A stretch of 64,000 nt of DNA from an uncultured delta proteobacterium (GCA_963804955.1 CAWDSQ010000007.1:416001-480000), one strand, 5' to 3'; shown: positions 22,304 to 33,759, counted from the first letter of the stretch. Made by a program: numbers and translations. The notes: generated from the sequence alone by a model not told the origin.

Positions 22304-22666
22304 ATGGCGGCCAGCACACTGCGCACGGGGGAACGTTTCAGCGTCAACTTCAATGCCACATATGGCATCAAGGGCCAGGGCCTGCAGCAGCAGAAATGCC
22401 GGATCGCCAACCTGAGCTCAAGCGGCGCGACAGTCTGCTGCCCGAACACTGAAAGCCTGAAAAACGGGGATGTTATTGTGATTGATATAACCATGCCGGA
22501 CACGATCTTGCGTATTTCTACTGAGGCCGAAATCATGTGGACCGGGCAGCGCTTCAATGAGTTACTCAGCGGCATCAAGTTTAAGTGTGCGCTCAATGAA
22601 ATCATACTCCAGCAGTTTGTCAGCAGGAGACCGCAGTTGTGCGATTATACTGAGCTGATTTGGTAA
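22304..22666 (+). CDS. PilZ-domain protein
   Basis: RTGER and NLSSSG motifs, AEIMW...GIKF. Confidence 0.8.
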   Translation: MAASTLRTGERFSVNFNATYGIKGQGLQQQKCRIANLSSSGATVCCPNTESLKNGDVIVIDITMPDTILRISTEAEIMWTGQRFNELLSGIKFKCALNEIILQQFVSRRPQLCDYTELIW

Positions 22667-22913
22667 CCAGGCTTCCATGACGTCCTCCCCGAAAACGCAC
22701 CCCTTACAAAGCATGTGATTGTGGTAAAAAACTGCGGGACCATGATGGCCCCGCAGTTTTACGCCTGCCTGTCGCTGCCGCCGTGAAAGGAATACAACAG
22801 CCCCCTTTTCAACAAACCATATCATTCCGGTCGCAAACCGTACAATGCATCGCCGCTTTTTAAAGACTGAGGGACAAAGGGACAGGTTTTGAAAGGCCTT
22901 CTCTACCCGGTGG

Positions 22914-23654
22914 CTATCGAGCCGGCCCGGATGCCTTCAAGGCGCATCGGTTCCGGTACGCCTCATTGAGGCGATTTTGATCGACTTTTTCTATGGCCTG
23001 CACCACTGCCTCGCCGAAGCATTCCAGCGTAAAAAGGCGGCCGGAATAATATTTGCTCTGCAACGGATGCATCCCGCAGGCGCGACGGTCTGCCGGAGCG
23101 GGCACGGGGATGAGCGCCAGAGGCGAGGGGAAAGACACCCACGTAACCAGCCGGTTGCGAAAGACCGTTGACTGTTCCATGGGAAGATCGGGGAAATGTA
23201 TCTGTATGGCGCAGTCATACTGCATGACGATGGGCAGCGGTAAGATAATGCCGAATATGCCCCAGCTGACGGCAGCCAGAAACGATGATCCCGTGCTCGT
23301 TTCATGGAACTCCGAAATGGTGAAGCGCACATCAATTGGCAGGGCATCCGGCGTGTCGGCAAAAAGGTTGGGATATTTCCCGGCGGTTACCTCCCGGAGC
23401 TGCTGCGGAAAGTCGCCGGTCTTTGCGGCATCTGTTACCTTTTTTGCCCAGTACTCATTGTCGGTGAAACCGCTCATATAGAAGATGAGCTGCGGGAGGG
23501 CATCGACATGGTCGATATGGAATTTTGCCTGCACGCCGTCAAAGGAATGCGGAGAGGGCCTGAGGGTGGTTGAATAGTTTTTCGAGGCGCAGCCCGCGCC
23601 GGCAAGAGATGCGAGGATGCTGATAATCAGCGGCAGCATGAAGGGTCCCGGCAT
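22914..23654 (-). CDS. Lipoprotein of unknown function
   Basis: Lipobox-like AGAGC after hydrophobic signal; 12 bp downstream of the barrel gene. Confidence 0.7.
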   Translation of the reverse strand: MPGPFMLPLIISILASLAGAGCASKNYSTTLRPSPHSFDGVQAKFHIDHVDALPQLIFYMSGFTDNEYWAKKVTDAAKTGDFPQQLREVTAGKYPNLFADTPDALPIDVRFTISEFHETSTGSSFLAAVSWGIFGIILPLPIVMQYDCAIQIHFPDLPMEQSTVFRNRLVTWVSFPSPLALIPVPAPADRRACGMHPLQSKYYSGRLFTLECFGEAVVQAIEKVDQNRLNEAYRNRCALKASGPAR

Positions 23655-23666
23655 GGCCTGCCTCCC

Positions 23667-24572
23667 TTAAAAAATTTTTGTGAATGATAAATTCGTGATG
23701 ACGCCTTCGGTCCGGTCTCTGGCGCCGAACTCGATTTGATTGCGGAACTGGAACTTCAAATTCAAAAACGGCACATAAATGCCGATCTCAGGGCCCACGC
23801 CAAAAACCCGGTCATGGATGTTTTTATTATAGTAAATATCTTTGCCGCGATCATCGGTTATCTGCCATTGCCCGTAGCCGCACAGGCCGATCTCCCAGAG
23901 CCTGCCGAGCGATTTGCTGAGGCAGGCATCAAAGGAAATATTCTGCCCCGGCCTGATGTCTTCATAATGTTTTTTGCTGTGCAGCTCGTAGCGCAGCAGC
24001 GTCGATATGGCCCAGGTTTTTTCATCGTCGAGGTACAGCGTCGGGCCTGTGGTGAGCAGAAAGGTCCAAAACCCCTTGCCCGGCAGGCCTATCTTGCGGG
24101 TGCTGTGCCTGCCCGTAGGGATATACCCGGCAAGGCTGAACATGGCGTCCCAGCGTTCCTTGTGCCAGTCAAGGCAGAATGGTTCAACAGCAATGTCACC
24201 AAGGGCCCAGCTTTTATCATGCAGCTTCGCCTCCCGTATCGAGACATCTGCATAGGTGAGAGGCAGGAGGATCGTGACAATATAATCAGCGCCGAGAATC
24301 TTCTGATTGGTGACCCAGATGGGCCGGTGCACCATGACAAAATTCTGGATATCGGGCCTTACCCGCTGCGAATTGTGATAGGACCGGTAGTTGTCGGAGT
24401 AGTAGAAGACATTGTACACCTTGTAATAAAATCCGGGCGGCGGGGCTGTGGCGAGCTTGATGCCTTCGATACCGCCTGTATAATGGCCGGTTTCTCCGGC
24501 GATGACGGTTGACGCGAAAAAAAGAGGCAGAAAATACAAAAGGACGATAACAAAGATACTACGCAGCTTCAT
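23667..24572 (-). CDS. SphA/MetA-pathway family outer-membrane beta-barrel
   Basis: Signal peptide, GHYTGGIEG...PPPGFY, LGDIAVEP, IPTG, YGQWQITDD, C-terminal F. Confidence 0.85.
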   Translation of the reverse strand: MKLRSIFVIVLLYFLPLFFASTVIAGETGHYTGGIEGIKLATAPPPGFYYKVYNVFYYSDNYRSYHNSQRVRPDIQNFVMVHRPIWVTNQKILGADYIVTILLPLTYADVSIREAKLHDKSWALGDIAVEPFCLDWHKERWDAMFSLAGYIPTGRHSTRKIGLPGKGFWTFLLTTGPTLYLDDEKTWAISTLLRYELHSKKHYEDIRPGQNISFDACLSKSLGRLWEIGLCGYGQWQITDDRGKDIYYNKNIHDRVFGVGPEIGIYVPFLNLKFQFRNQIEFGARDRTEGVITNLSFTKIF

Positions 24573-24986
24573 ATCTGGATATTCCTCACCGGCGGCAAAT
24601 GATCAATTAACTTTTTGCCGGGGACTGAACCGAGCGTGATTGCCTGGCGGGCTTGTGATACAGCGGGACACGTGACAAGTAGAACATATTGGATAGCAAA
24701 AAACCGTAGATTGAATTGATAAATGTATAGGGGCTCACCCTAAAAATGACTGTGGTCATATTAATATAAAGACGGCCGTGTGTCAATATAAAGTTAGCCG
24801 CAAGATAAAGAAAGTAATAGTGTCACCCATTAAATATTTAATATTTAATGGGTGTATCTGTATTTTTATTTCCATACAAACGGCGGATATCCGTCGCGAT
24901 CGCCACGCAAATACCTCGCCATTAGAAGGGCCTGCACATGCGGCAACATCCAAAAAATTAGAAAAAATAATTCGTTCAACATTTTC

Positions 24987-25754
24987 TTACATCAGCTCCC
25001 CGCTGCGGATGGTCCAGAAGTCATCGGATAAATCACGGCTGGCAAGATACTCATAGGGGATGGTGAAATAGCCCTTCATGCCCCAATCGGCCCCCCAGGA
25101 ATTGCGCACGATAAATCTTTTCTGTGCATCATTGTACCCGACGGCTAAAACCGCATGCCCGCCCAGCATCCGCTCGGTTGGCCTGGGCATCGGCGCCTTG
25201 CCGGTGTTTGCGACTGCCTGTGTTTCAAAGCTTTCATACACCGCAAACCCGAATACAAACGGAAATCCGTCTGCAAGGCATGCCCGCATCTGGTCGACCG
25301 TATCAATGCGCTGATAGTCGGTTACTTGATGTTTGAGGCCGTCCTTATAGCAGGCGGCTGGCGGCTTCTTTTTAAACCTGCTGATGATATAGGGCCATTT
25401 TTCTTCTATGCAGGCGCCCTCCTTCACAAGGGTTTTAATGCCATCGCGCAGCATGGCGCCGTCATCAGAATCAACGCTGCCTTCCATCACCCGCTCATTG
25501 TAGTAGACAAAAAGCCTGCTCATCTCAATAACCGGCAAACCGTTTTTTCTTTCCAGCACTTCAAGCGCACCGGTCAGCGCATGGGCCGTGCAACTCCCCA
25601 AATTACCCTGATCTTCTACCTCAGGGCATAATGGCCGCAGATCAGCTTTCGGCGGCAGCTTTTTTGGAATTCTATACACTGCGGAATACTTAATGTCGCG
25701 CTGATCAGGGATATCGGGTTTCCAGCCATAGACGCGCTTTGAATCTTTTGCCAT
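24987..25754 (-). CDS. Papain-like cysteine peptidase (C1A, xylellain-like)
   Basis: [31 protein letters not shown]. Confidence 0.95.
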   Translation of the reverse strand: MAKDSKRVYGWKPDIPDQRDIKYSAVYRIPKKLPPKADLRPLCPEVEDQGNLGSCTAHALTGALEVLERKNGLPVIEMSRLFVYYNERVMEGSVDSDDGAMLRDGIKTLVKEGACIEEKWPYIISRFKKKPPAACYKDGLKHQVTDYQRIDTVDQMRACLADGFPFVFGFAVYESFETQAVANTGKAPMPRPTERMLGGHAVLAVGYNDAQKRFIVRNSWGADWGMKGYFTIPYEYLASRDLSDDFWTIRSGELM

Positions 25755-25980
25755 TACAGTGCCCCTTCCAATTGAAGAAAGTTAAAAAAAACAGTGCCTG
25801 AGCAGAAGTAGGGGCCAGGATTATTGGCCCTTACCAGTAGCTGATTTTCCTGATTTCCTATTGTGGTATGCTTACGTGCAATCCGCACAAGCCCTGCGCG
25901 GATTAAAACAGAAGCCCCTCTGCATGCGATACAAAAAAACTACGGCCTGCTCTGGAATACGCCATTGCCGAACTGTATTT

Positions 25981-26048
25981 TCAATAGCAAGAATCAAGGG
26001 CAAGCGCAATGAGTACAAATACTCAATTCAATTGAGTATAAATACTCA
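25981..26048 (-). promoter_or_regulatory. Tandem palindromic operator plus promoter for the C1A peptidase
   Basis: TGAGTA-N4-TACTCA at 26010 and 26033; TTGCGC-17-TATTGA with TG extension on minus strand. Confidence 0.7.
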
Positions 26049-26587
26049 TCAGGGGACTTCTAGTTTTATTTATAAAAATAAAAATAGAAGTAGATATGCA
26101 TAATTATTCACAATTGCCTTGAAAAATTGAGCAAATAATTATTTTACAAAACCACTAATGTCGAATATCCTTTTTAAGCGCATTATCAGAATACCTGTTC
26201 GGAAAACAGGCTCAAAAACCTTGTCGATTAAGGAAAGATTATGAGTTGGAAGGCGGAAATTCTTAATCTCGGCGAGGGTGAAAAAAAGGGTCATTCTTTC
26301 TCACTCTCATGGGGCAGATACGATATGGCTTTAAAGTCATCTACACGGAAACACGCATATTCGAAATTGACCTTAAGGTTTTCAAACAGGCCTACGGCGA
26401 GAAAGATTCTTTTATTGAACATTCAAGTGACATTTTGAAAAAATATTTGGAGCTTCTGATCGAACAAAAATTTAAAGCTCTTGAAAACGCACTATAAACT
26501 CTTTTTTTTCCTGCCCCGGCCAGCAAACTGCTGCAGTTCAAGCAAGTCAACTCATTCAACAAAGGCCCCTGTTTGTCCCCTGACTGC

Positions 26588-28876
26588 TCAACTCCCCACA
26601 AGCTCTTTGGGCTTTGCTTCCTGGAATACCTTGCACTCCGTGCACCGGTAAAACCACTGCCCTCTGCGCGTTGACGGGACAACCTGCATGGGTTTCCCGC
26701 AGGTTGCGCAGGCGATGGGGTCAGGCATGCGGGGATCTGCTTCTTTTTCTGTCTGCCACTTATCGCACTGAGCGCAGATCTTTCCACCGTTCCGGGTGGT
26801 TCGGACCGGGCCCTGGCAGAACCGACAAAGATCAAGCGGTTTCCCTTCGGCATCCGAATCAAAGGATATCTTGCAGTCAGGATCTGCTGAGGCGGCGCAC
26901 TTCACGTAGTGACGACCTTCCCAGTCCCGAAGATGCAGGTTCGATCCGCACTTCGGGCAGGTTCCCACCACCGGGCCGAACACGCGCCGGGTGCCTTGCG
27001 GGGCCTGCTGTTTGATCTGATCCACCAGTTCCGTCACGAAGGTCCGTATGCCGCTCATGAACTCATCGCGTCTGGCCTCGCCCCGGCGGATTCGCTCCAG
27101 GCGTGCTTCCCATTCGCCGGTCATCTGCGGGCTTTTCAGGGTCTCGGCCCGGATGGATTGGACCAGTTCGATCCCCTTGGCTGTCGGCTGCAGGATGTTG
27201 CGCGTGCGCTCGACGAAACCGCGTTTCAGCAGCGTTTCGATTATATTGGCCCTGGTGGCGGGTGTGCCCAGGCCGCAGTCCTTCATGGCGCCCTTTCAGT
27301 TCTTCATCGTCGAGTTCCTTGCCCGCGCTCTGCATGGCGCCCAGCAGATCCCCTTCGGTCATGCGCTTGGGAGGCGAGGTCTTGCCTGCCTTGGGAAAGA
27401 GGTCCTTGGTCTCGACGGCTTCTTCCTTGACGACGGGCGGCAGCAGGCCCGTATCCTCGTCATCTTCAGGCTCCTGCCCTCCGGCGCCCTCTGCCTTTAT
27501 GGCTTCTTTTTTCAGGTCGGCCATGGGGCGGGTCAACTGCAGACCATCCCAATTCCTTCACAACTGTGCCCGTGGTCTTGAATGTCTCCTTGTCGATCTT
27601 TGTGATGATGGTTGTCTTGCCTTCGATGCGCTCGGGAAAGTACGCTGCCAGGAATCGTCGCGCGATCAGCTCGTAGATCTTCAGCCGGTCACCCTGGAGC
27701 TTCTCTGGCCGGGTTCTCCGTAGGCATCAGGGCCGAGTGATCTTCCACCTCTTTGTCGTTCACGAAACGCTTGTCGAGCTTCACGGGCCAGCGCTTCCGA
27801 AGCTCCTGCAACAAAGGGTTGCAGCTCCGTAAGCTGACCCTGCGCAATGGCCTTGATCCAGCCCGCGGTCTTCTGCGCGTCGCTTTCCGTCAGGTACCGG
27901 GAATTCGTACGCGGGTAGCTGATGAGCTTGGCTTCATAGAGCTCCTGCGCCACTGCCAGGGTGTGCTCGGCCGTGAACCCGAAGCGCTTGTTGGACTCTT
28001 TCTGGAGGTTGGTAAGGTCGTAGAGCAGCTCGGGCTTTTTCTTTTCCGTCCTGGCGGTGACCGATGCAACCTTGCCGGGCAGGCCGGACAGCTTGTTTGC
28101 AAGGGCCTTGCGCGTCTTCTTCCTGTTCGAAACGGTCCTGATCCTTGCCCTCCGGCCTTGTGAAACCATTTGCCCCTGTAGGTGCCAGCCTCGGCTTGAA
28201 ACGTAGCCCATAGGGTCCAGAAGTCCTTCGGGATGAAGTCCGTGATTTCCAGCTCGCGATTTACCAGGAGCGCCAAGAGTCGGCGTTTGTACGCGGCCGA
28301 TGGAGTACACCCCTTCTCGCTCCCGCGCGCTGCATGACCAGCGTCTGGGCCCGTGTGCAGTTGATGCCGACCAGCCAGTCCGACTCCTGCCGGCTAGCGC
28401 GCCGCATCCCGCAGGCCGCTGTAAGCCTCGCCCGGCTTCATCCGGCCATAGGCCTCCCGGATGGCGTTATCCGTGAGGCTCGACGTCCAGAACCTCAATA
28501 CCGGTTTGGTGCATCCCGATAGGCGATAAACCAGATCAAAGATGAGCTCGCCTTCGCGACCGGCATCCGTCGCATTCACGACATCCGTCACATCGTCACG
28601 GGTCAAAAGCTGCGCCACCACCTCGTATTGATCGTTGGTGGCCTCGATGGGAAAGTAACGAAAGGGATCGGGGAAAAACGGCAGCGTGTCCATGTCGCCA
28701 CGATTTGAGCCCGGGATCGTATACTTCCGGTCCCATAGCCTGCACCAGGTGGCCCACACACCAGGTGACGATGACATCGCTGCCCTGGATGAAGTTGCGC
28801 CCCGCTCCCCTGAATGCCCAAAGCCGCTGCAATGGCAGCGGCCCATGCTGGGTTTTTCACTGATGATAAGACGCAT
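26588..28876 (-). CDS. topB: DNA topoisomerase III (type IA) with C-terminal zinc ribbons; multiple frameshifts
   Basis: LIISEKPS, TWCVGHLV, ATDAGREGELI, SIGRVQTPTL, LISYPRT, GLGTPATRA spread over several frames. Confidence 0.9.
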
Positions 28877-29024
28877 TGAACGATTATCCTTAAAAGGGGA
28901 CATCTCTGTCCTCTTTTAATACCAATAATCCTCAGGGAAGTGGAGTAAAAAAGTATTGCGGAGGTGCTGAATTGAGTAACGTATGTATGGATGTTCCCCA
29001 GCCTGCTTTTGGCAGGCACATCAC

Positions 29025-30257
29025 CTAATGCAACACGGAAGTATCCCGTACAGGGCTCTGTTCCTGTTCCTTCAAATGAACTGAGCGCTTGTGCGCGGGC
29101 TGCATGCCCACCTGGGGCCTGGGGGCTGGTGAGGCAACTGCTGTATGGATTCGGGCGGCGGATAAAGGCGTGACTGCGCCTGGGGGGGGGGCAACCGTAG
29201 CGCGATTCTTGCCTTCTTTCTTGCTTGTGTGGAGCGCCTCATCGGCCCGGGTGATAAGTTCTCCGACACTCACGCCATGATCGGGAAAGCAGGCAATACC
29301 GATGCTGATTGTTATCGACCTGACTCCTTCAGGCACGGAAAGGGGAGTTCTCTCGACCGCCAGACGGAGACGCTCAGCGGCACGCACAGCAGTGGCCGGG
29401 TCGGTTTCCTCCAGCAGTACAACAAACTCATCTCCGCCGTACCGGGCGGCAATATCCGAAGGACGGATACCGTCGGCAATCACCCCGCCAATGCGTCTGA
29501 TCATTTCACTTCCGCAATCATGGCCATAGCTCTCATTGACCGGCTTAAGATGGTCGACATCAATCATAAGAATAGAGAACGGATGGCCGCAGCGGATAGA
29601 GCGTTCATATTCAATGCGTGCAAGGGGGAAAAAGGTTCTCATATTATGCAGGCCCGTTAAAAAATCCTTTCCCGAGAGCTGCTGAATTTTACGCCGCGCC
29701 TCCAGCATGGAGATCGACAGCAGCGCCGCAAGGCAGGAAACCAGCCAGAGTGAAATGATCAGCACTACCGGGGCGATAAATTCCCGGTGAGTAAAGCCGC
29801 TAAACTCACCATTGGGAAAAGCAAGAGAAAAACAGAAAACAGTGACAATCAAAAGCTTCCTCCAGATGCGCCGGGGCAAAAAAAAGGCTGAAGCGATAAT
29901 GGATAAAAAATAAAGGCTGAGCAGCGGGCTTGAAATGCCTCCGGTCTGCTGCAGTATCAGGGAAACAAACAAAATCATCCCCCAGATTTCTGCAGACATT
30001 ATTGCCCGAATGTTTTTATCCGACCAGCGGACAAGCTGCATGACACCTATGAAGATGGCATAAAGGCCAATGCTGATCTGCAAAATAAAATTATCCGCAA
30101 TAAAGATATCCGCCACAAAAAGATACAGCACCACCATCAGCGGCAGCAGCCATTCGATGAGCCTCAGCGTTTGCCTGAAGCTCAAAAGCTCCTGCCGCTC
30201 TATCTGCTGAGCATTTTCAGCGGCCCTGCCTTCAACCTGGTTGATATGCTCTGTCAT
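29025..30257 (-). CDS. Membrane-bound diguanylate cyclase
   Basis: Multiple TM segments, DFLTGL, RPSD I-site, ARYGGDEF, SIGIA. Confidence 0.93.
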   Translation of the reverse strand: MTEHINQVEGRAAENAQQIERQELLSFRQTLRLIEWLLPLMVVLYLFVADIFIADNFILQISIGLYAIFIGVMQLVRWSDKNIRAIMSAEIWGMILFVSLILQQTGGISSPLLSLYFLSIIASAFFLPRRIWRKLLIVTVFCFSLAFPNGEFSGFTHREFIAPVVLIISLWLVSCLAALLSISMLEARRKIQQLSGKDFLTGLHNMRTFFPLARIEYERSIRCGHPFSILMIDVDHLKPVNESYGHDCGSEMIRRIGGVIADGIRPSDIAARYGGDEFVVLLEETDPATAVRAAERLRLAVERTPLSVPEGVRSITISIGIACFPDHGVSVGELITRADEALHTSKKEGKNRATVAPPPGAVTPLSAARIHTAVASPAPRPQVGMQPAHKRSVHLKEQEQSPVRDTSVLH

Positions 30258-30356
30258 TTATAGAAACTCTCATAAAAATATGCGGCCTATATGATGGCGG
30301 CGATTTGATCTTTGAAAAAGGCGCTACTGTGCACATTTTCCGTCAGCATGACATCA

Positions 30357-31469
30357 TCAGAGCTGCAATTCATGAATGCCTCTCTCTGCACGAGCTGGAG
30401 CGTGATGTGTTTTCAGCCCATGGCCGTTGCCGTTGCGACTGGTCACTATTTTCACCGTCGCGCCGTCGCTGCGCAGCGACTTGAGCGAGGCCTCCAGTAT
30501 CTGCACCACGTTCAGGCCTTCCCTGCCGCTGGACATGCAGGCCGTCTTGCCGTCGATACAGTCAAGAAAATGCTGGCACTCTACCTTCAGCGGCTCGGAC
30601 TGGGCAACATAGGGGCTGTACATATCGCCGTAATGATATGAGTAATGGAATTCGGCGAATGTGTCATAATGCGGCGGCACCTTGACGCTTTTGTCATACA
30701 CCTTGATCTTCTCATTGGTCTCGTTGTCATCATAGCAGATCATCTTTTTGGAGCCGACGAACTTCATCTCCCGAACTTTCTGGGGGTCGAGCCAGCTGCT
30801 CTGAATGGTAACGAATTTGCCATTGGCATAATTGAGAATGAGCGTGGTGACATCCTCGATGCCGGGGTTGATATGCGCCTTGCCATGGCAGCTCACGGAA
30901 ACGGGCGCCTCGCCGAACATATACAGCACGATGGATATGTCGTGCGGGGCAAGGTCCCAGGTCACGTTAATATCTTTTTGAAAAAGGCCGAGGTTCAGGC
31001 GCCTCGCCGACACGTACAGCAGGTCGCCGATTTCGCCGGACTCTATGATCTCCCGGATTTTGCGCACGGGCGATGAATAAATGAAGGTGTGCCCGACCAT
31101 GAGCTGCAGGCCCTGCTTCCGGGCCAGCTCCACAAGCTCATCGCACTGCGCAGTGGATGATGCCATGGGCTTTTCGATGAATGTATGCTTGCCCGCAAGC
31201 AGGCTCTTTTTTGCCAGGTCGTAGTGCGAGTTGACATGTGTTGCTACGGCTATGGCGTTTATATCGTCGTCGGCCAGCATGTCGTCAAAGCTCTGCGTCG
31301 TGGTGACGCTCCGGTAGAGGCTGCTCATGTGATCCAGCCTTGCCTGGCTCATATCGCACACGGTTTTTACCCTGCACGTGTTCAAGGCGCTGAAATTCCG
31401 TATCAGGTTGGGGCCCCAGTACCCGCACCCGACGATGCCTACATTATGAATAGATTGCGCACGTACCAT
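30357..31469 (-). CDS. Gfo/Idh/MocA oxidoreductase (sugar-nucleotide dehydrogenase-like)
   Basis: VGCGYWG, EKP, DLAPHDIS. Confidence 0.92.
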   Translation of the reverse strand: MVRAQSIHNVGIVGCGYWGPNLIRNFSALNTCRVKTVCDMSQARLDHMSSLYRSVTTTQSFDDMLADDDINAIAVATHVNSHYDLAKKSLLAGKHTFIEKPMASSTAQCDELVELARKQGLQLMVGHTFIYSSPVRKIREIIESGEIGDLLYVSARRLNLGLFQKDINVTWDLAPHDISIVLYMFGEAPVSVSCHGKAHINPGIEDVTTLILNYANGKFVTIQSSWLDPQKVREMKFVGSKKMICYDDNETNEKIKVYDKSVKVPPHYDTFAEFHYSYHYGDMYSPYVAQSEPLKVECQHFLDCIDGKTACMSSGREGLNVVQILEASLKSLRSDGATVKIVTSRNGNGHGLKTHHAPARAERGIHELQL

Positions 31470-31547
31470 TTGACAACTCCTCCTTCTTAGGTTTTATTGT
31501 CTGCCGTAACAAACGTATGAGTAAAAATTAATCTGTAGCGTAAGAAT

Positions 31548-31564
31548 TGCAAACTATGTGCCAA
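31548..31564 (-). promoter_or_regulatory. Sigma-54 promoter
   Basis: TTGGCACATAGTTTGCA with GG-N10-GC spacing, ~80 bp upstream of the Gfo/Idh/MocA gene. Confidence 0.75.
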
Positions 31565-32014
31565 TAAAAACCCCGCTGGAATTTAATCAAAAAGTCAATA
31601 AAAAATAATATTAATTTAATAAAATATATTAAAAATAGGCTTATTAATGCTATCTATTATTTTGCTTGCATGCAAATATCGATAGCAATGTACTATTAAT
31701 AAAAAACTAAAAGGCTTGAAATTGTTCAAAATGATCAAGTTGCAATGAGTGCAATTTACTCATTTTGAACACAACGGAGCCTTGACGGCAGTCTTTTGTG
31801 AAAAGGCATTTCAGGAAAGTTTGCTTGTATTGTATATATATGAGGCTGAATGCGGCGCTTCCGCCTGTTTGAGAAAAAATTCACTGCCAACTGCTGCATG
31901 GAGCAGTTGGCTATTTTTAAAAAAGCCGGCAGTATGTATCATAAGCTGGATGAGTTGTTAGATCATTTAACTAAATATTATAGCCTCTATAAACATCTAA
32001 AAACAGACCCCTAT

Positions 32015-32088
32015 CCGTTCGCCCTGAGCCTGTCGAAGGATCGAAGGGTGACTTTCCGTTCATGGTTCGACTCGCTCACCACGAACGG
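32015..32088. repeat. REP-like palindromic element
   Basis: CCGTTCGCCCTGAGCCTGTCGAAGG...GTTCGACTCGCTCACCACGAACGG. Confidence 0.8.
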
Positions 32089-32622
32089 TCTTGCCATACA
32101 ATAGAATGCGGCTACAAAACAAAGAAAAATGCTCTAGCGCACATTCAGCATAAATTTCCCCTGGCAATATGGCATTGTCCGATAACGTGCTGCTCACCGC
32201 CTACAGGGCGGGGGACATACCGGCAGTTAAAATTGATTTTTTGCTGCCTGCCCCCATACTTCTCCTTGCTGCACTTGACAATAAAGCCGAATGGTATATA
32301 AAATTTTAGAGCGTCCTATGGCTTTTGGCCGATTCGGCGTTGCCAATGACCTGATCGGGAAAGCCCTCAGGTTCATGACTCTCACGGAACCAGACCGGCA
32401 AAGCCTGCTGTTATCAGTCGGGTCTGGTCTATAAAGAAAGGGGCTTCACAAAAAGCCCTGAATGTTTTTTTAGAAAGTGTATACTGCTGAGCGTAATTTC
32501 AGATCGGTGGATATGACAGCCGACAACCGTCCGCGGTGTTTGAGTTGCCTTCTTCAGGAACCAGCAGCATAGATGGTTTCCTGAAGACAATAAAAAATCT
32601 TTATTAAGAGCGTGAAGAACCC

Positions 32623-33222
32623 ATGGCAATGTTTAATTTAGCAAAACGGGAGATTGATTTAAAGATTGTGTATTGTGGTCCGGGGTTATGCGGCAAGACA
32701 ACAAATCTGCAGCGCATTCATAAGATGCTGGGCCCTCAGCAATGCGGAGAACTTGTGTCGCTGGCCACGAAAGATGACCGGACGCTGTTTTTCGATTTTC
32801 TCTCGATTGAGCGCTATATCAGCGGTTTTAAGACCCACTTCCATCTCTATACCGTGCCGGGGCAGGTGCAGTATGCTCTCACCCGGCGCGCCGTGCTGAT
32901 GGGCGTCGACGGGGTCGTATTTGTCGTTGATTCGCAAACCAGCAAGCTTCAGGAAAATATTGAAAGCCTGCAGGATCTCGGGGAGCATCTGCGTTTTTAC
33001 AAAAAGGATCTCAAAACATTCCCCTTCGTGCTGCAGTATAATAAACGCGACCTGCCCGATATCATGCCTGTCGATGAACTCAATGCCAGGTTCAACAGCC
33101 TGAATATTCCGGCTTTTGAATCAAGTGCGATAACCGGGATGGGGGTGGCGGCAACATTGAATGCAATATGTAAAACAGTGCAGAAGCATATGGAAAGCGA
33201 TGCTGCAAAGAAAAAACGGTGA
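32623..33222 (+). CDS. mglA: MglA-family small GTPase (no adjacent mglB)
   Basis: GPGLCGKTTNL, DRTLFFDF, YTVPGQ, QYNKRDL. Confidence 0.9.
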   Translation: MAMFNLAKREIDLKIVYCGPGLCGKTTNLQRIHKMLGPQQCGELVSLATKDDRTLFFDFLSIERYISGFKTHFHLYTVPGQVQYALTRRAVLMGVDGVVFVVDSQTSKLQENIESLQDLGEHLRFYKKDLKTFPFVLQYNKRDLPDIMPVDELNARFNSLNIPAFESSAITGMGVAATLNAICKTVQKHMESDAAKKKR

Positions 33223-33389
33223 TTCACCTGCGGAAACCATTGAAGAAGCAGTTGGCCCGGCAGTAACTACTCTGCACAAAACATGCACAGCACTGCCTGT
33301 ATGCTGCACAAAGCCCCATCAATTCGAACCTGTTTGAGCACAAAGGACCTATTGTTGAACAACCCGCCTGTTTTGCAAATCACTGCAGC

Positions 33390-33601
33390 TAGAGCAATTT
33401 AAGGCTGTGATGACAAGTAGAGCCTTTTCGTTATTTTGTAGCTGAGCTCATTCCCGTTCGTGGTGAGCCCTGAGCTTGACGAAGGGTCGAACCATGAACG
33501 GAAAGTCGCCCTTCGATCCTTCGACAGGCTCAGGATGCAAGGCGAACGGGATCGGGTTCGCTAAAGGCGCAGCAAGGCCACCTCAAACTTAAATTGCTCT
33601 A
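33390..33601. mobile_element. MITE with perfect 14-bp TIRs carrying a REP-like element
   Basis: TAGAGCAATTTAAG / CTTAAATTGCTCTA; inverted REP-like copy at 33454-33549. Confidence 0.7.
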
Positions 33602-33759
33602 AAGCAATTCAACTCATGCAACAGCGGCTTTGTTCCCCGGCAAAAATGCACCGAATTTTCAAAAAATACAGCCGCTGCCTTTTCTTTTATTACAGGCTCT
33701 CAGAATTCCGTATTCTTACGTCAAACGTTACGTCAAACGCAGACGTGACCCTTATGTTC

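Noticed and set aside
26010..26048. TGAGTA palindromes as CRISPR repeats
   Set aside because: Only pairs with 7-8 bp gaps, no spacers, no cas genes
26241..26497. Two short AT-rich plus-strand ORFs
   Set aside because: May be one frameshifted small gene, but no recognisable family
29182..29191. Poly-G tract as a phase-variation switch
   Set aside because: Encodes prolines after the GGDEF domain, so slippage would only alter the tail
33714..33739. Direct repeat TTACGTCAAACG x2
   Set aside because: Single short duplication between convergent genes with no other support
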